Shown here in pieces: positions 19,541 to 30,027 of a stretch of DNA of 64,000 nt; within the stretch, counting starts at the first letter, position 1, and each line of letters opens with the position of its first letter. This stretch comes from Candidatus Cloacimonadota bacterium (GTDB lineage Bacteria > Cloacimonadota > Cloacimonadia > JGIOTU-2). The position numbers and the translations under genes were made by a program. The DNA is taken from NCBI GenBank assembly GCA_049903315.1, contig JBNGBT010000002.1:32001-96000 (forward strand), in the 5' to 3' direction. The notes beneath the pieces are model-generated. The model searched no databases. It saw only the letters and a program-made list of their open reading frames with translations, and was not told the DNA's origin.

Positions 19541-19711
19541 CAATATCCAATATCCAACAAGGAATTTCCAAGTACCTTACAGATGATAAATATAATAATG
19601 GGAAAGAATATTTTAAACACAATATGAATAATTTGAGAATTGCTTTTGAAGATTCGAGCGAGACTGAATTTCTATGGATATTGGTTATCCTGTATTGGAT
19701 ATTGGACATTC
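19541..19711. repeat. Imperfect inverted repeat built from AATATCC heptamers, between selA and selB
   Basis: CAATATCCAATATCCAACAAGG at 19541; TGGATATTGG...TATTGGATATTGGACATTC at 19675-19711. Confidence 0.6.
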
Positions 19712-19788
19712 AGTCTATTTGTTTTACTTTAACATCCCAATTAAAATTATATGCAAACGAATTATAAAGAGTATCAAACAAAAACGTC

Positions 19789-21723
19789 ATGAAGCATTTG
19801 ATAATGGGTACAGCAGGTCATGTTGACCACGGCAAAACTGCGCTCATCAAGGCACTGACAAATTTTGATTGCGACACGCACAAGGATGAGAAAAAACGAG
19901 GGATCACTATTCATCTTGGTTTCACACATCTCGATCTACCGAATGGGAACAGCATCGGTATAATTGATGTGCCCGGGCATAAAGATTTCATCAACACGAT
20001 GATATCTGGAGCCAGCACAATTGATTTTGTGCTTTTTACTGTCGCTGCAGACAGCAGTATCATGCCGCAAACGAGCGAGCATCTGCATATTATGGAGCTT
20101 CTGGGTATCAAAAACGGCATTATTGCACTAACAAAATGCGATACAGTTGATGAAGAAATATTGGAACTCGTTGAGCTTGAAATTGACGAGTTCGTTGCAG
20201 GTACATTTCTTGAGCACGCTCCGATCATTAGAACATCTACAAAAGATAATATGGGAATGAGTGAATTAATGAGTGAGATCAGTAAAATCACAGAGAAAAT
20301 TGAGCAGCGATCATCCGGATTATTTTTCAGAATGTACATCGACAGGATTTTCAGCGTTCAAGGTTTTGGTACGGTTATAAACGGGTCGGTTTTGCAAGGA
20401 AGCGCAACAAAGAATACAGTTTTGTATTTACTCCCCGGGAGTAAAGAATTGAGGATTCGCAAGATGGAACATCACGGGAAAGAGGTGAATGAAGTGGTAT
20501 CCGGTCAGCGAGCTTCTTTGAATGTGGTGGGACTGGATATACAGAATTTCCAGCGTGGAATGATGGTATCAGAAAGAATCATAAAACCTACAAAAATGAT
20601 CGATGCGGAACTCACTTTATTTGATCATGACAGAACTTTCGGAATATGGAATCATGCCCTTTTTCTCATGGGTACTTTTGAAGATCAAGTAAGGATACAT
20701 TTACTCGATAAAGATACTTTACAAGGTGGTGAAAAAGGATTGGTGCAGATACATCTTGAAAAAGAATGCTTTCCAATTTTTGGAGATTCATTCATTATCA
20801 GGAGCACGTCCGGAGATATTACACTTGGGGGAGGTAAGGTGCTGGATGCATATCCCCTTCATCATAAAAAGCGAACTCCGCAAATCATGGAACATATACA
20901 GACAATTGCGGATGGGGGTTTGCCGGCATTCATCGCAGCTGAGGTGAGAAAGCGACCTCATGCAGTTCCTCTACCATTTCTTGCAGAAATTTCTAACATT
21001 CCTGAACAAGAATTGAAAGAAATAGTATTAGCTTCCATTCCCGATGATATCGAGATAAGAGAAGTCAATCAAAAAATATTATTAGTAGCTCTCTCAAGAA
21101 TTGGACTGATTAAAGGAAAAATTACCAAAATACTCACGAAGCATCACACGGAGAATCCGCTTATACAAAGGGGAAAAACCTTCGAAGAATTATCCAGTCT
21201 ACTGAATCTGGGCACAGAATATGACGTTTCATTCTTGAGTATGCTGTTGGAAGAAATGAGTAATAATAAAGTTCTGCGTAAGATTGAAGGAACGTATGCT
21301 CTTAAAGAAAAGGATAATTCGCCTTCCGATCAAGAAATAAAAAAGATAAAGAAAATCGGACAATTCATATTGAGTTTTGGTATGAAAGTTCCTTTAATGA
21401 ACGAGATAAAGGAATTTGGCCAGACACAGGGAATGTCTCAGAAAGAACTGCATGATATTATCAATTTTCTTATTGAAAATAAAGAAATCGTTACGATCGA
21501 AGGTTCGTTTATTCACGCAGCGATCATTGAAAAAGCGAAGAATGTGTTAATCGCACATTTCGAAAAGAATGAGACGCTCATGCTTGCTGATTTTCGTGAT
21601 AACTTGCAGGCAAATAGGAAGATATGCCTGTTGTTACTCTCTTATTTCGATGATAAGGGATGGACTGTTCGCAAAGGTGATTATCGGATATTGTCCGAAA
21701 AAGGTAAGGAGTTATTACACTGA
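19789..21723 (+). CDS. selB: Selenocysteine-specific elongation factor
   Basis: [43 protein letters not shown]-terminal winged helix FRD...RK...L.YFD..G...R.GD.R. Confidence 0.98.
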   Translation: MKHLIMGTAGHVDHGKTALIKALTNFDCDTHKDEKKRGITIHLGFTHLDLPNGNSIGIIDVPGHKDFINTMISGASTIDFVLFTVAADSSIMPQTSEHLHIMELLGIKNGIIALTKCDTVDEEILELVELEIDEFVAGTFLEHAPIIRTSTKDNMGMSELMSEISKITEKIEQRSSGLFFRMYIDRIFSVQGFGTVINGSVLQGSATKNTVLYLLPGSKELRIRKMEHHGKEVNEVVSGQRASLNVVGLDIQNFQRGMMVSERIIKPTKMIDAELTLFDHDRTFGIWNHALFLMGTFEDQVRIHLLDKDTLQGGEKGLVQIHLEKECFPIFGDSFIIRSTSGDITLGGGKVLDAYPLHHKKRTPQIMEHIQTIADGGLPAFIAAEVRKRPHAVPLPFLAEISNIPEQELKEIVLASIPDDIEIREVNQKILLVALSRIGLIKGKITKILTKHHTENPLIQRGKTFEELSSLLNLGTEYDVSFLSMLLEEMSNNKVLRKIEGTYALKEKDNSPSDQEIKKIKKIGQFILSFGMKVPLMNEIKEFGQTQGMSQKELHDIINFLIENKEIVTIEGSFIHAAIIEKAKNVLIAHFEKNETLMLADFRDNLQANRKICLLLLSYFDDKGWTVRKGDYRILSEKGKELLH

Positions 21724-21759
21724 CGGAAATTGTTATGCTGACGATCAAAAGGATGTAGT

Positions 21760-22221
21760 ATGCAAAGAGATATAGAAGTGCGGTTTGCAAATCAGAAAGA
21801 TGTTAATTCACTTCATGAACTGCTTATCCAATTATCTGAGAGTGTTCTCATTAAACATGGACTTGATAATAGTGTGATAAAGAAGAATCTTAAGGATGCA
21901 CTCGAAAATGATGAGAATTCGATCATGGTAGCAGTTAAAAATAAGCGGATAGTGGGCATACTCTATGCTACCACTCATCAATCATTACTACATACACATC
22001 GTTCTGCCCTAATCGAGGAACTCATCATACATCAAGATTTTCGAGGAACAGGAATTGGAGGTGCGCTCTTGCGTAAGTATTTTGAATATGCCGAGGATAA
22101 AGGGTATTGCGAGATTGAAGTAAGTACTGAAATCACAAACAAAAAAGCGATTCATTATTATAAAAAGTGCGGTTTCGAAGAAGTTGGTATTCATATGGAG
22201 AAGGAAATCGGTGAGCAATGA
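21760..22221 (+). CDS. GNAT family N-acetyltransferase
   Basis: IEELIIHQDFRGTGIG motif A; N..AIHYYKKCGF. Confidence 0.88.
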   Translation: MQRDIEVRFANQKDVNSLHELLIQLSESVLIKHGLDNSVIKKNLKDALENDENSIMVAVKNKRIVGILYATTHQSLLHTHRSALIEELIIHQDFRGTGIGGALLRKYFEYAEDKGYCEIEVSTEITNKKAIHYYKKCGFEEVGIHMEKEIGEQ

Positions 22222-22892
22222 GTGCGAACCACATATTTTCCATACTGAAAGATAAGATTGATACAAAACATTGTACTTCTCCTCAGAAGATTGCAATTGA
22301 TGGGATCGATGCTTCAGGTAAAACAATATTTGCTGATCGCTTTGCAGACTACCTTAAGAAACAATCAATCCGGCAAGTAATTCGTGCATCGATCGACGGA
22401 TTTCATAATCCAAGGGAAGTTCGTTTACAGAAGGGAGAATACTCCCCAGAAGGATATTATTATGATTCATTTAATTACAAAGCTCTCAAACAATTCCTAC
22501 TCGAACCTATGATGCCAGACGGTAATAGAAGAATTCACACCCATATTTTCGACTTTAAATCCAATAGTAAAATTGTGAAAGATCGGTTTCTTGCTGAAGA
22601 TGATGCAATACTTATTTTTGATGGCATCTTTCTTATGCGTAGCGAACTCGTTAACTATTGGGATTTCAAGATATTTTTAAAAATTTCATTTAAAACAGCG
22701 CTTAGGAGAGCATTGATAAGAGATAAAGAATACTTCGATGACGAGAATAGTTTAAGGGAGAAATATGAAAAAAGATATTTCCCGGGGCAAGAGTTATATG
22801 TAACGGGTTCACATCCTGAACAAATAACCGATGTTGTGATAGATAATGAAGATTTTGATAGTCCAACAATTATAAAACCTTTGAATATTTAA
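22218..22892 (+). CDS. Uridine-kinase-like P-loop protein
   Basis: IAIDGIDASGKT, ASIDGFH, ILIFDGIFL. Confidence 0.8.
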   Translation: MSANHIFSILKDKIDTKHCTSPQKIAIDGIDASGKTIFADRFADYLKKQSIRQVIRASIDGFHNPREVRLQKGEYSPEGYYYDSFNYKALKQFLLEPMMPDGNRRIHTHIFDFKSNSKIVKDRFLAEDDAILIFDGIFLMRSELVNYWDFKIFLKISFKTALRRALIRDKEYFDDENSLREKYEKRYFPGQELYVTGSHPEQITDVVIDNEDFDSPTIIKPLNI

Positions 22893-22905
22893 TTCAAGAA
22901 TTAAC

Positions 22906-23991
22906 ATGAAAGCAGAACAGCAGATTCGTAAGATCATCCATATTGATATGGATGCTTTCTTTGCAGCGGTAGAAGTGCGTGATAATCCGCAATACAGAGG
23001 TAAACCACTTATCGTTGGCGGCGATCCGAACAGCAGGGGAGTTGTCGCCACATGCTCTTACGAAGCGCGGAAATATGGCATACATTCCGCAATGGCAAGT
23101 GCTGTTGCCTACAGACTCTGTCCCCATGCAATATTTGTGCACGGCAGGTATGAAGTGTATAGCCAGATATCAAAACAGATTAGAAGCATTTTTGATGAAT
23201 ATTCTCATCTTGTCGAACCTGTCTCCATTGATGAAGCATATCTCGATGTGACATATAATAAAAAGGGAATGAAATCAGCCACACTCATTGCAAAAGATAT
23301 TAAACAAAGAATATTCAAGAAAACCGGACTAACTGCCTCAGCGGGAGTGTCGTACAACATGTTCCTCGCAAAAATAGCATCGGATATGGATAAACCGGAT
23401 GGGCTTGTTGTTATTCCTCCTGATAAGGCAAAGCAAGTTCTGGAGGAGCTTCCTATAGGTAAATTCTATGGGATCGGCAAAGTGACAGAAAAGAAAATGC
23501 AGATGCTTGGCATCCTCACCGGTAAGGACTTAAAGGAGCAAACGCTCGAAGAACTCATTCGTCATTTTGGGAAAGCTGGAAGATATTATTACTACATAGT
23601 AAGGGGGATTGATAAAAGGGAGGTCACAACTGAGCGTGATATAAAGTCGATTGGCAACGAGAATACCTTTGCAACAGATATTGATGACATGCAAGAAATG
23701 AAGGAATATCTCTCAAAATGTGCGGCAAAAATAGAAGAAAGATTAAAAAAACATAATGTCGCCGGACGTACGATCACACTTAAGATTAAGTATCCCGATT
23801 TTTATCAGGCGACAAGAAGCAAAACTTTACAAAATTCAACACAAGAAAAAGAAGTTATCATTACTACAGTTTACTCGCTTTTAGAGGAAACTCTTGTCAA
23901 AAAGTGTAGTGTAAGGTTGCTTGGTATCAGCATTTCTAATCTTGAAAACGACAAGATAAATCTCCCTCATCAGCTCACATTAAAATTATAA
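22906..23991 (+). CDS. dinB: DNA polymerase IV
   Basis: IIHIDMDAFFAAVE, SYEARKYG, SIDEAYLD, AKIASDMDKPDG. Confidence 0.97.
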   Translation: MKAEQQIRKIIHIDMDAFFAAVEVRDNPQYRGKPLIVGGDPNSRGVVATCSYEARKYGIHSAMASAVAYRLCPHAIFVHGRYEVYSQISKQIRSIFDEYSHLVEPVSIDEAYLDVTYNKKGMKSATLIAKDIKQRIFKKTGLTASAGVSYNMFLAKIASDMDKPDGLVVIPPDKAKQVLEELPIGKFYGIGKVTEKKMQMLGILTGKDLKEQTLEELIRHFGKAGRYYYYIVRGIDKREVTTERDIKSIGNENTFATDIDDMQEMKEYLSKCAAKIEERLKKHNVAGRTITLKIKYPDFYQATRSKTLQNSTQEKEVIITTVYSLLEETLVKKCSVRLLGISISNLENDKINLPHQLTLKL

Positions 23992-24064
23992 ATAAAAAAT
24001 AAATTACAGACCTTGACATTAAAAGAGTTTAAAAAATTCTTTTTTTTATTTATACGGAGGTTCC

Positions 24065-25570
24065 ATGGAAATAAAGAAAATATCGACATTGCATTTACCA
24101 GTTGATCTTGCATATCTTTCTGCTGCACAGGCGTTTATAAATGAACTTGCGCGGCTTGCAAAATTTTCACAAAAGGATATTACATTTTTTAATATTGCTG
24201 TTGAGGAAGCAATCACAAATGTGGTGAAACATGCATTCCTTCCGGACGAAGATGCGACATTCGATGTGATCTGCGAACTCACTCCAGTTGAGTTCAAGGT
24301 TATTATAAAAGATAGAGGATTACCTTTTGATCCAAGCCAGGTTGCTGATTTCTCTGCAGAAAGATCCCTGGACGGAGATGAGCAGGTCGGACTCGGATTT
24401 CGTCTCATGAAGGGCAGCGTGGACCAGTTGTCATTTCATAATATGGGTTATGGTGGCAAGGAAGTTCATCTTGTTAAGTTCGTTGATCAGAAGCATGTTG
24501 AAAAATATTTCCATAAATCAGAGATGCAAGCCTTCGAACAGCCAACATATAAATCGAAGCAGGAGAGAGTTGCCATACCTTTGCATGTGGAAGTTCTCCA
24601 GCAGAAACAAGCGATAGAAATATCCCAGTGTGCGTATCGAACCTACGGATACACCTACATTATGGAGAATATCTATTATCCAGAACGTCTCATAGAAATG
24701 ACCAGATCAGGTGAGCTCATTTCAGCCGTTGCAGTGTGTGAAGAAAATGGTGAAGTGATGGGGCACTGTGCTCTCGAACGCTTCGGTAAAAAATGGGATG
24801 TGCCTGAAATGGGAATGGCGTTCACTAAACCAAAGTTCCGTGGACAAGGCTGTATGACACGCCTTACTGCATTTTTATCCGAAGAAGCAATTAAAAAGGG
24901 AATAAAAGGTATGTATGCAAAAGGTGTGACCACTCATCCATATTCGCAAAAAGCATTGCTGAGTGGTGGTTTTAAAGATTGTGCGATCCTTATCGGTTTG
25001 TCACCCCCGAAAACATTTGAAGGAATGAAGGAGCAGGGGGCACAGCGAGAAACCCTTGTTTTGACTTATATGAAGCTGATCGACCAGAAACTGAACGTGT
25101 TCTCGACAGAGAAACACAAATGCATGATCGAAAAAATATATAAGAACGTACAAATAGATGCAACTGTAAAAATACATGATAAAAAAGAGTTGAAATCTAA
25201 AAAGATGGTGCAATCCGATGTGGAAGTGGAAATGAAAGATTCATTGCAGTTTGCAAATATCTACATCAATGACTGCGACGAAAATATTAAACTGGAAATC
25301 AGGCAGCGTGTGAGAGAACTCTGCCAAAAGAAGATCGAAACGATAGATCTCTATATCGATATGTGTGACGGGAATTCAATTAACTATATTGAGGATTTAG
25401 AATCGCTGGGATTCTTCTTTGCAGGTGTATTTCCAAATGATAAAAAGCAGTACATTGTTCTGCAGTATTTGAATAATGTACCAATTGATTATAAGAAAAT
25501 TGTTTTTGTCTCTGATTTTGCACAAGAACTTGGTGCGTATGTAAAAGAGTGCGATCCGAACCAAAAATAG
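24065..25570 (+). CDS. RsbW-like HATPase (anti-sigma/Ser kinase) plus GNAT-like domain protein, paralog 1
   Basis: AVEEAITNVVKHA, DRGLPFDP, GLGFRLM; FRGQG acetyl-CoA-binding-like motif. Confidence 0.8.
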   Translation: MEIKKISTLHLPVDLAYLSAAQAFINELARLAKFSQKDITFFNIAVEEAITNVVKHAFLPDEDATFDVICELTPVEFKVIIKDRGLPFDPSQVADFSAERSLDGDEQVGLGFRLMKGSVDQLSFHNMGYGGKEVHLVKFVDQKHVEKYFHKSEMQAFEQPTYKSKQERVAIPLHVEVLQQKQAIEISQCAYRTYGYTYIMENIYYPERLIEMTRSGELISAVAVCEENGEVMGHCALERFGKKWDVPEMGMAFTKPKFRGQGCMTRLTAFLSEEAIKKGIKGMYAKGVTTHPYSQKALLSGGFKDCAILIGLSPPKTFEGMKEQGAQRETLVLTYMKLIDQKLNVFSTEKHKCMIEKIYKNVQIDATVKIHDKKELKSKKMVQSDVEVEMKDSLQFANIYINDCDENIKLEIRQRVRELCQKKIETIDLYIDMCDGNSINYIEDLESLGFFFAGVFPNDKKQYIVLQYLNNVPIDYKKIVFVSDFAQELGAYVKECDPNQK

Positions 25571-25648
25571 TAAAAAATTTTTCGAGTGCACATCTACATC
25601 CTTGACATTTAATTTTGACATTGTTGCTTTTTTTCATTTGGAGGTTCA

Positions 25649-27154
25649 ATGGAAGTAAGAAAATTATCGATCTTACATGTGCCTGCTGACCTGGTATATC
25701 TTGCAGCAATACAGGCATTTATAAACGAGCTTGCGCGTCTAGCCGAGTTTTCTCAAAAGGATATTACTTTCTTCAGCGTAGCAGTCGAGGAAGCAGTCAC
25801 AAATGTTGTCAAACACGCATTTCTGCCAGACCAGGAAGAGCATTTTGATGTTATATGTGAGTTGACTCCTATAGAGTTTAAGGTTATTATTCGGGATAAA
25901 GGATTACCCTTTGATCCAAATCGAGTAGAGGATTTTTCAGCCGAGCAATCTCTTGATGGCAATGATCAGGCAGGGCTTGGATTCAGGTTAATGAAAGGAA
26001 GTGTTGATAAACTTTCATTCCATAATTTGGGTTTTGGAGGTAAAGAAGTCCAACTTATAAAATTTATTGATCAGAAGCATATCGATGAATATCTTAAAGC
26101 ATCTCAAATGGAAGCTTTCGATCAACCTGAATTTGTCGAGAAAAAAGAACTGGTAAAGATACCATTCCACCCTATGCTCCTGCAACCCAACCAGGCAGTC
26201 GAGATATCACAATGTGCATATAGGGCATATGGCTACACATATTTAATGGAGAATATCTATTATCCTGAACGTCTTATTGAAATGAACAAAACCGGTGAAC
26301 TCATATCTGCTGTTGCAGCATCCGATGAAAATAATGAGGTGTTGGGGCATGTCGCACTCGAGTTTTTTGGTAGAAAGAAAAAGATTCCTGAGTTGGGTAT
26401 GGCATTCACAAAACCAAAATTTCGCAGACAGGGCTGCATGACACACCTGAGTGAATTTCTTGACCAGCAAGCTCTTGAGAAAGGTGTAAAAGGTATCTAT
26501 GCTGATGCAGTGACAGTTCATCCCTACTCTCAAAAAGCACTTCTCAGTTGTGGTTACAAGTCTGCTGGTATACGTATAGGATTAGATCCGCCGAGAAACT
26601 TTAAAAGTATGGAGAATCAATGTACACAGCGCGAGACATTGGTGCTTATGTATAAAATGTTAATTACTCAGGACGTCGAAGTATTAGTGCCAGTGCATCA
26701 TAAGGGCATTATTGAGAAAATATACAAAAATATCGGGATCAAGGCAGAAGTGCATACGCTCAGAAATGTTGATGAAGACACGAACAAAATGGCTCAATCC
26801 GATGTGGAAGTGGATGTTGTAGAGTCAGCGAGGATTGCCAGCTTCATTGTTAATTCTGTTGGGGAAAATTTTCAGGAAGAGATAAAGTACCGGCTTCGTG
26901 ACCTATGCCTGAAAAAGATCGAGGTAATCGACCTGCGTTTGGATATGTGCAATAATAATCTCGTGAAATGCGTTCCTCAGCTGGAAATGCTCGGATTCTT
27001 CTTCTCAGGTGTTTTACCAGATGATGATAAACAATATCTCTTGCTGCAATATCTCAATAATGTGCCAATTGATTATTCAAAAATAGTGTTAGTTTCAGAT
27101 TTTGCTCAGGAACTTGGAAAGTATGTAAAAGAGTGCGACCCGAACCAGAAGTAG
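25649..27154 (+). CDS. RsbW-like HATPase plus GNAT-like domain protein, paralog 2
   Basis: Same motifs and same length (501 aa) as 24065-25570; identical ECDPNQK end. Confidence 0.8.
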   Translation: MEVRKLSILHVPADLVYLAAIQAFINELARLAEFSQKDITFFSVAVEEAVTNVVKHAFLPDQEEHFDVICELTPIEFKVIIRDKGLPFDPNRVEDFSAEQSLDGNDQAGLGFRLMKGSVDKLSFHNLGFGGKEVQLIKFIDQKHIDEYLKASQMEAFDQPEFVEKKELVKIPFHPMLLQPNQAVEISQCAYRAYGYTYLMENIYYPERLIEMNKTGELISAVAASDENNEVLGHVALEFFGRKKKIPELGMAFTKPKFRRQGCMTHLSEFLDQQALEKGVKGIYADAVTVHPYSQKALLSCGYKSAGIRIGLDPPRNFKSMENQCTQRETLVLMYKMLITQDVEVLVPVHHKGIIEKIYKNIGIKAEVHTLRNVDEDTNKMAQSDVEVDVVESARIASFIVNSVGENFQEEIKYRLRDLCLKKIEVIDLRLDMCNNNLVKCVPQLEMLGFFFSGVLPDDDKQYLLLQYLNNVPIDYSKIVLVSDFAQELGKYVKECDPNQK

Positions 27155-27242
27155 ATTTTAACAGAATTTTCTTTTGTAGTTTACAATAAACCAAGAGTAA
27201 GACTAAACCAGAAATACGAGGAGTATTATATAATCCTCAATG

Positions 27243-27926
27243 TTACATTCTTCCTTGATTCTTCAACCATTTGAGTGCTTCTCTATTACTTAAAGGAGAA
27301 AGCTCATTATTTTCTACAAAGTCCATAACTGTTTGGGCATCTGTTTTGGAATATTCGCGCAAGATCCACCCAATCGCTTTGTTTATGAAAAATTCATCAC
27401 TTCCATTTAATGCAATAATGATACTTTTCATTAGCATTGCATCTGTTTTTTCTTTATAGCCCAATTGAAATAAAAGACATGTTCGCTGCAGCCACATATT
27501 CCCGCTTTTCATCCACCTATTAATATATTTATCACGAATATCAGGAAATCTAATAAAATGCTCTCCTACCATCCAGCTGGCTAATCCATCCACACTGTCC
27601 CACCACGATTTTGTGATAATAAGCTGTTCGAAAAGATCAATGAAATCTTCACCCCATTTTTTTGTGAATTTTCTGAGCAAACCAATTGCAACGTATTGAA
27701 ATTCCCGTTCAGGAAGGTCCCACAGATCCAATGTGATCTGCTTCAATCTCGACATCTCCGGCAAACCGTATTCTTTAAAGAAATCTATAAGCAATTCTTT
27801 TCGCGTTGGTGTTTTTATTCCCAAATAGGGGAAAAGGTTCTTCATATATTTTGCCATTGGTTCGGCGTTGGCAGGGTTAGCATTTTCTTTAAATGATTTT
27901 ACTAATGGCTTTAAGTAGGGATTCAT
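27243..27926 (-). CDS. DNA alkylation repair protein (AlkD-like)
   Basis: REFQY, KSWWDSVD, WLQRT, EFFINKAIGWILREYSKT. Confidence 0.9.
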   Translation of the reverse strand: MNPYLKPLVKSFKENANPANAEPMAKYMKNLFPYLGIKTPTRKELLIDFFKEYGLPEMSRLKQITLDLWDLPEREFQYVAIGLLRKFTKKWGEDFIDLFEQLIITKSWWDSVDGLASWMVGEHFIRFPDIRDKYINRWMKSGNMWLQRTCLLFQLGYKEKTDAMLMKSIIIALNGSDEFFINKAIGWILREYSKTDAQTVMDFVENNELSPLSNREALKWLKNQGRM

Positions 27927-27999
27927 AAATTACTTCTTTCTATAAATGCAACACCGGGTATTGATGTTTCATCATGCTCATCTCATTTTGAGAAAGAAA

Positions 28000-28656
28000 C
28001 TAAATCTTCAGATACTCCTCGAGCATTGCTTTTAATTCTATATTTTGATCGTAAATAATTTGTTGCCTTTGCAAATTGCTGCTTAAAAATGAATAATAAG
28101 AAAGTATTATGTTATTGAGATAATACAGCTTCACATCAGGATTTTCGATAGTGTTATTTTTTGTGAAATCCATATTTTCAATCGCAAATTTTGCCACATA
28201 ATCATAAATAAAATCTGTAGATATCTGCCGCTGTTCCGCATAACCTTCAAAAGATTCATAGTAATTAACTATTTTCTGCCGTAATTCGAAATTTCTGATC
28301 AAATTTAATGTGCCGTTATATTTCATAGACTCATACGTGCTGGAATTAATACTGTAAGCATTAATGCTGAGTATGGCACTCATGAGAACTGCTGCGGAAT
28401 CTATGGTCGCGGAACCGGATTTAATGTGCATGATGTAATTTCTGATCTTTTCGAGCTTCCATTCCTTATCCTCGATCCCGGCTTCGAGATTTGCGGAATC
28501 CTGGGTTACTTCGCTGGAAAGAGTATTCAGGTACTTCATTTCCAGTTGAATATCTTTCACATTCTCGCGCCAGTTGTTGAGGAGGAATGCGCCGGTAATG
28601 CCGATAAATACGACAATTAACTCAACGATATATCCTGTCCAGTTGGTTTTTTTCAT
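28000..28656 (-). CDS. Hypothetical membrane-anchored helical protein (DUF6090-like)
   Basis: ELIVVFIGITGAFLLNNW N-terminal anchor, YESMK..G.L.LIR motif, AGGTG RBS. Confidence 0.65.
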   Translation of the reverse strand: MKKTNWTGYIVELIVVFIGITGAFLLNNWRENVKDIQLEMKYLNTLSSEVTQDSANLEAGIEDKEWKLEKIRNYIMHIKSGSATIDSAAVLMSAILSINAYSINSSTYESMKYNGTLNLIRNFELRQKIVNYYESFEGYAEQRQISTDFIYDYVAKFAIENMDFTKNNTIENPDVKLYYLNNIILSYYSFLSSNLQRQQIIYDQNIELKAMLEEYLKI

Positions 28657-28962
28657 AGCTCACCTAAATGTTATAATGATTTTAATGTGAGGAGAAATGG
28701 GGGAGGATTTTTGTCAAATTATTCGGGATTGGGAATTCATTGCAAAAAATGAACAACCATCCACCTACGCTAAACTTCGGCGCGGCAAGCAGAGAACACA
28801 GAGAGAAAAGAGAACACAGAGGATAATGAAAAAATTTTTATTGAAAATTTTGGTTTGCAACATTATTATAATGAGCCGCCATTAACCACTACGCGACGGA
28901 TTGGATTGATTCTCTCGTTCCCAAACACTAGTTTGTGTATGCGGATTTTTGATTTTTTATAT

Positions 28963-29334
28963 TTAGAGTTTATTTTCACGAATATACAGGAATATTAATA
29001 AAATAGCGAGAGCAGGTCCAACAATAATAGTAGGAAGTGCTTCAATTCTCAGTCCTCCGGTCAGGACACCCCACGCCATCGTAGCTGTATAAAGAACCAT
29101 CCAGGCGATCAACATAGACACAACGAATTTGACTTTATCCCAGTCACTTTCTCTATACGCTAACCATGCTCCGAGTGCAAACGCGAGCATCGCCCCTCCC
29201 ATGACCCGTTCGACAGCTTGACCCTCTGCAGCCGATGTTTGTGGGTTGATGATGTGGAATAATCCTGAAAGCACTGAAACAATGGCATAGATCAGGAGGG
29301 TAATCCTGAGCCCTTTAGAAATGTGCTCTTTCAT
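28963..29334 (-). CDS. Small integral membrane protein, about four TM helices
   Basis: 123-aa ORF with four hydrophobic segments. Confidence 0.7.
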   Translation of the reverse strand: MKEHISKGLRITLLIYAIVSVLSGLFHIINPQTSAAEGQAVERVMGGAMLAFALGAWLAYRESDWDKVKFVVSMLIAWMVLYTATMAWGVLTGGLRIEALPTIIVGPALAILLIFLYIRENKL

Positions 29335-29445
29335 AATTAAGAATTCATCATATAATCTAACGCTACTATTTGCTTTAATTGATTCTATTATTTTTATTAA
29401 TTCATCTTTTATATTCTCACCACTTTTATTAATTCTTACTTTATC

Positions 29446-29504
29446 ATCTAACGCTTAGGTCACCGGCGCCGCTTGTCGGCGTCCGGTGCACCGTTTGGTT
29501 GGCC
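29446..29504 (-). mobile_element. attC: Integron attC site (59-base element)
   Basis: Minus strand GGCCAAC-N5-GGTGCACCGGACGCCG-ACAAG-CGGCGCCGGTGACC-N5-GTTAGAT: R''/R' boxes plus L''/L' stem with two extrahelical bases. Confidence 0.9.
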
Positions 29505-30005
29505 TTTGCTTTCGAAACGGTAGTACTGCATTGGCCAAATTCCAGAATGAGGGCATACATATTCCTCAGCGGAGAGTATGGCTGTGCAATTCGTATATTT
29601 ATTGATGACTTTGTCCCAAAAGAGACGGGCTCCAGTGTTGGAATCAAGAACGCGCACTATCCACTTGCCGGGGAATTTATCAAATAGACGAAATGAGCAT
29701 ATTTTTCCAGCACCACGCCCTTTGAATTTTCTTGCAATGAAGAACTCCCCAATCTCGTGTCTATCAGTTTCTTCAGGATAAATGCGAACCATAGCGAATC
29801 CAGCAATGCTGTTATCGATCCTTACCACGAATGGGTGATGATCAGATTTATCCCAATATTCAGTAAGATCATCACAGCCGTCCCATTGCCCTTGATTATT
29901 GCAGTCCCACCCCATGTATTCAGACATGTCATAGATGTAATAACGAACCAGGTTCTTAACGACCGACAGATCTTTTGCTGTAGCTGATAATAATTCGAGA
30001 TTCAT
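29460..30005 (-). CDS. GNAT acetyltransferase carried as an integron gene cassette
   Basis: YIYDMSEY, IAGFAMV, EIGEFFIARKFKGRGAG, FPGKW; bounded by GTTGGCC (30021-30015) and attC; alternative start at 30023. Confidence 0.85.
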   Translation of the reverse strand: MNLELLSATAKDLSVVKNLVRYYIYDMSEYMGWDCNNQGQWDGCDDLTEYWDKSDHHPFVVRIDNSIAGFAMVRIYPEETDRHEIGEFFIARKFKGRGAGKICSFRLFDKFPGKWIVRVLDSNTGARLFWDKVINKYTNCTAILSAEEYVCPHSGIWPMQYYRFESKGQPNGAPDADKRRR

Positions 30006-30027
30006 ATTTCTGGAGGCCAACATATAT

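Noticed and set aside
19523..21740. Sec read-through of the TGA stops of selA and selB
   Set aside because: Both proteins are complete, another in-frame stop follows within a few codons, and no GC-rich hairpin follows
28697..28885. 62-aa plus-strand ORF
   Set aside because: It runs across a promoter-like site and short repeats with no recognisable protein features
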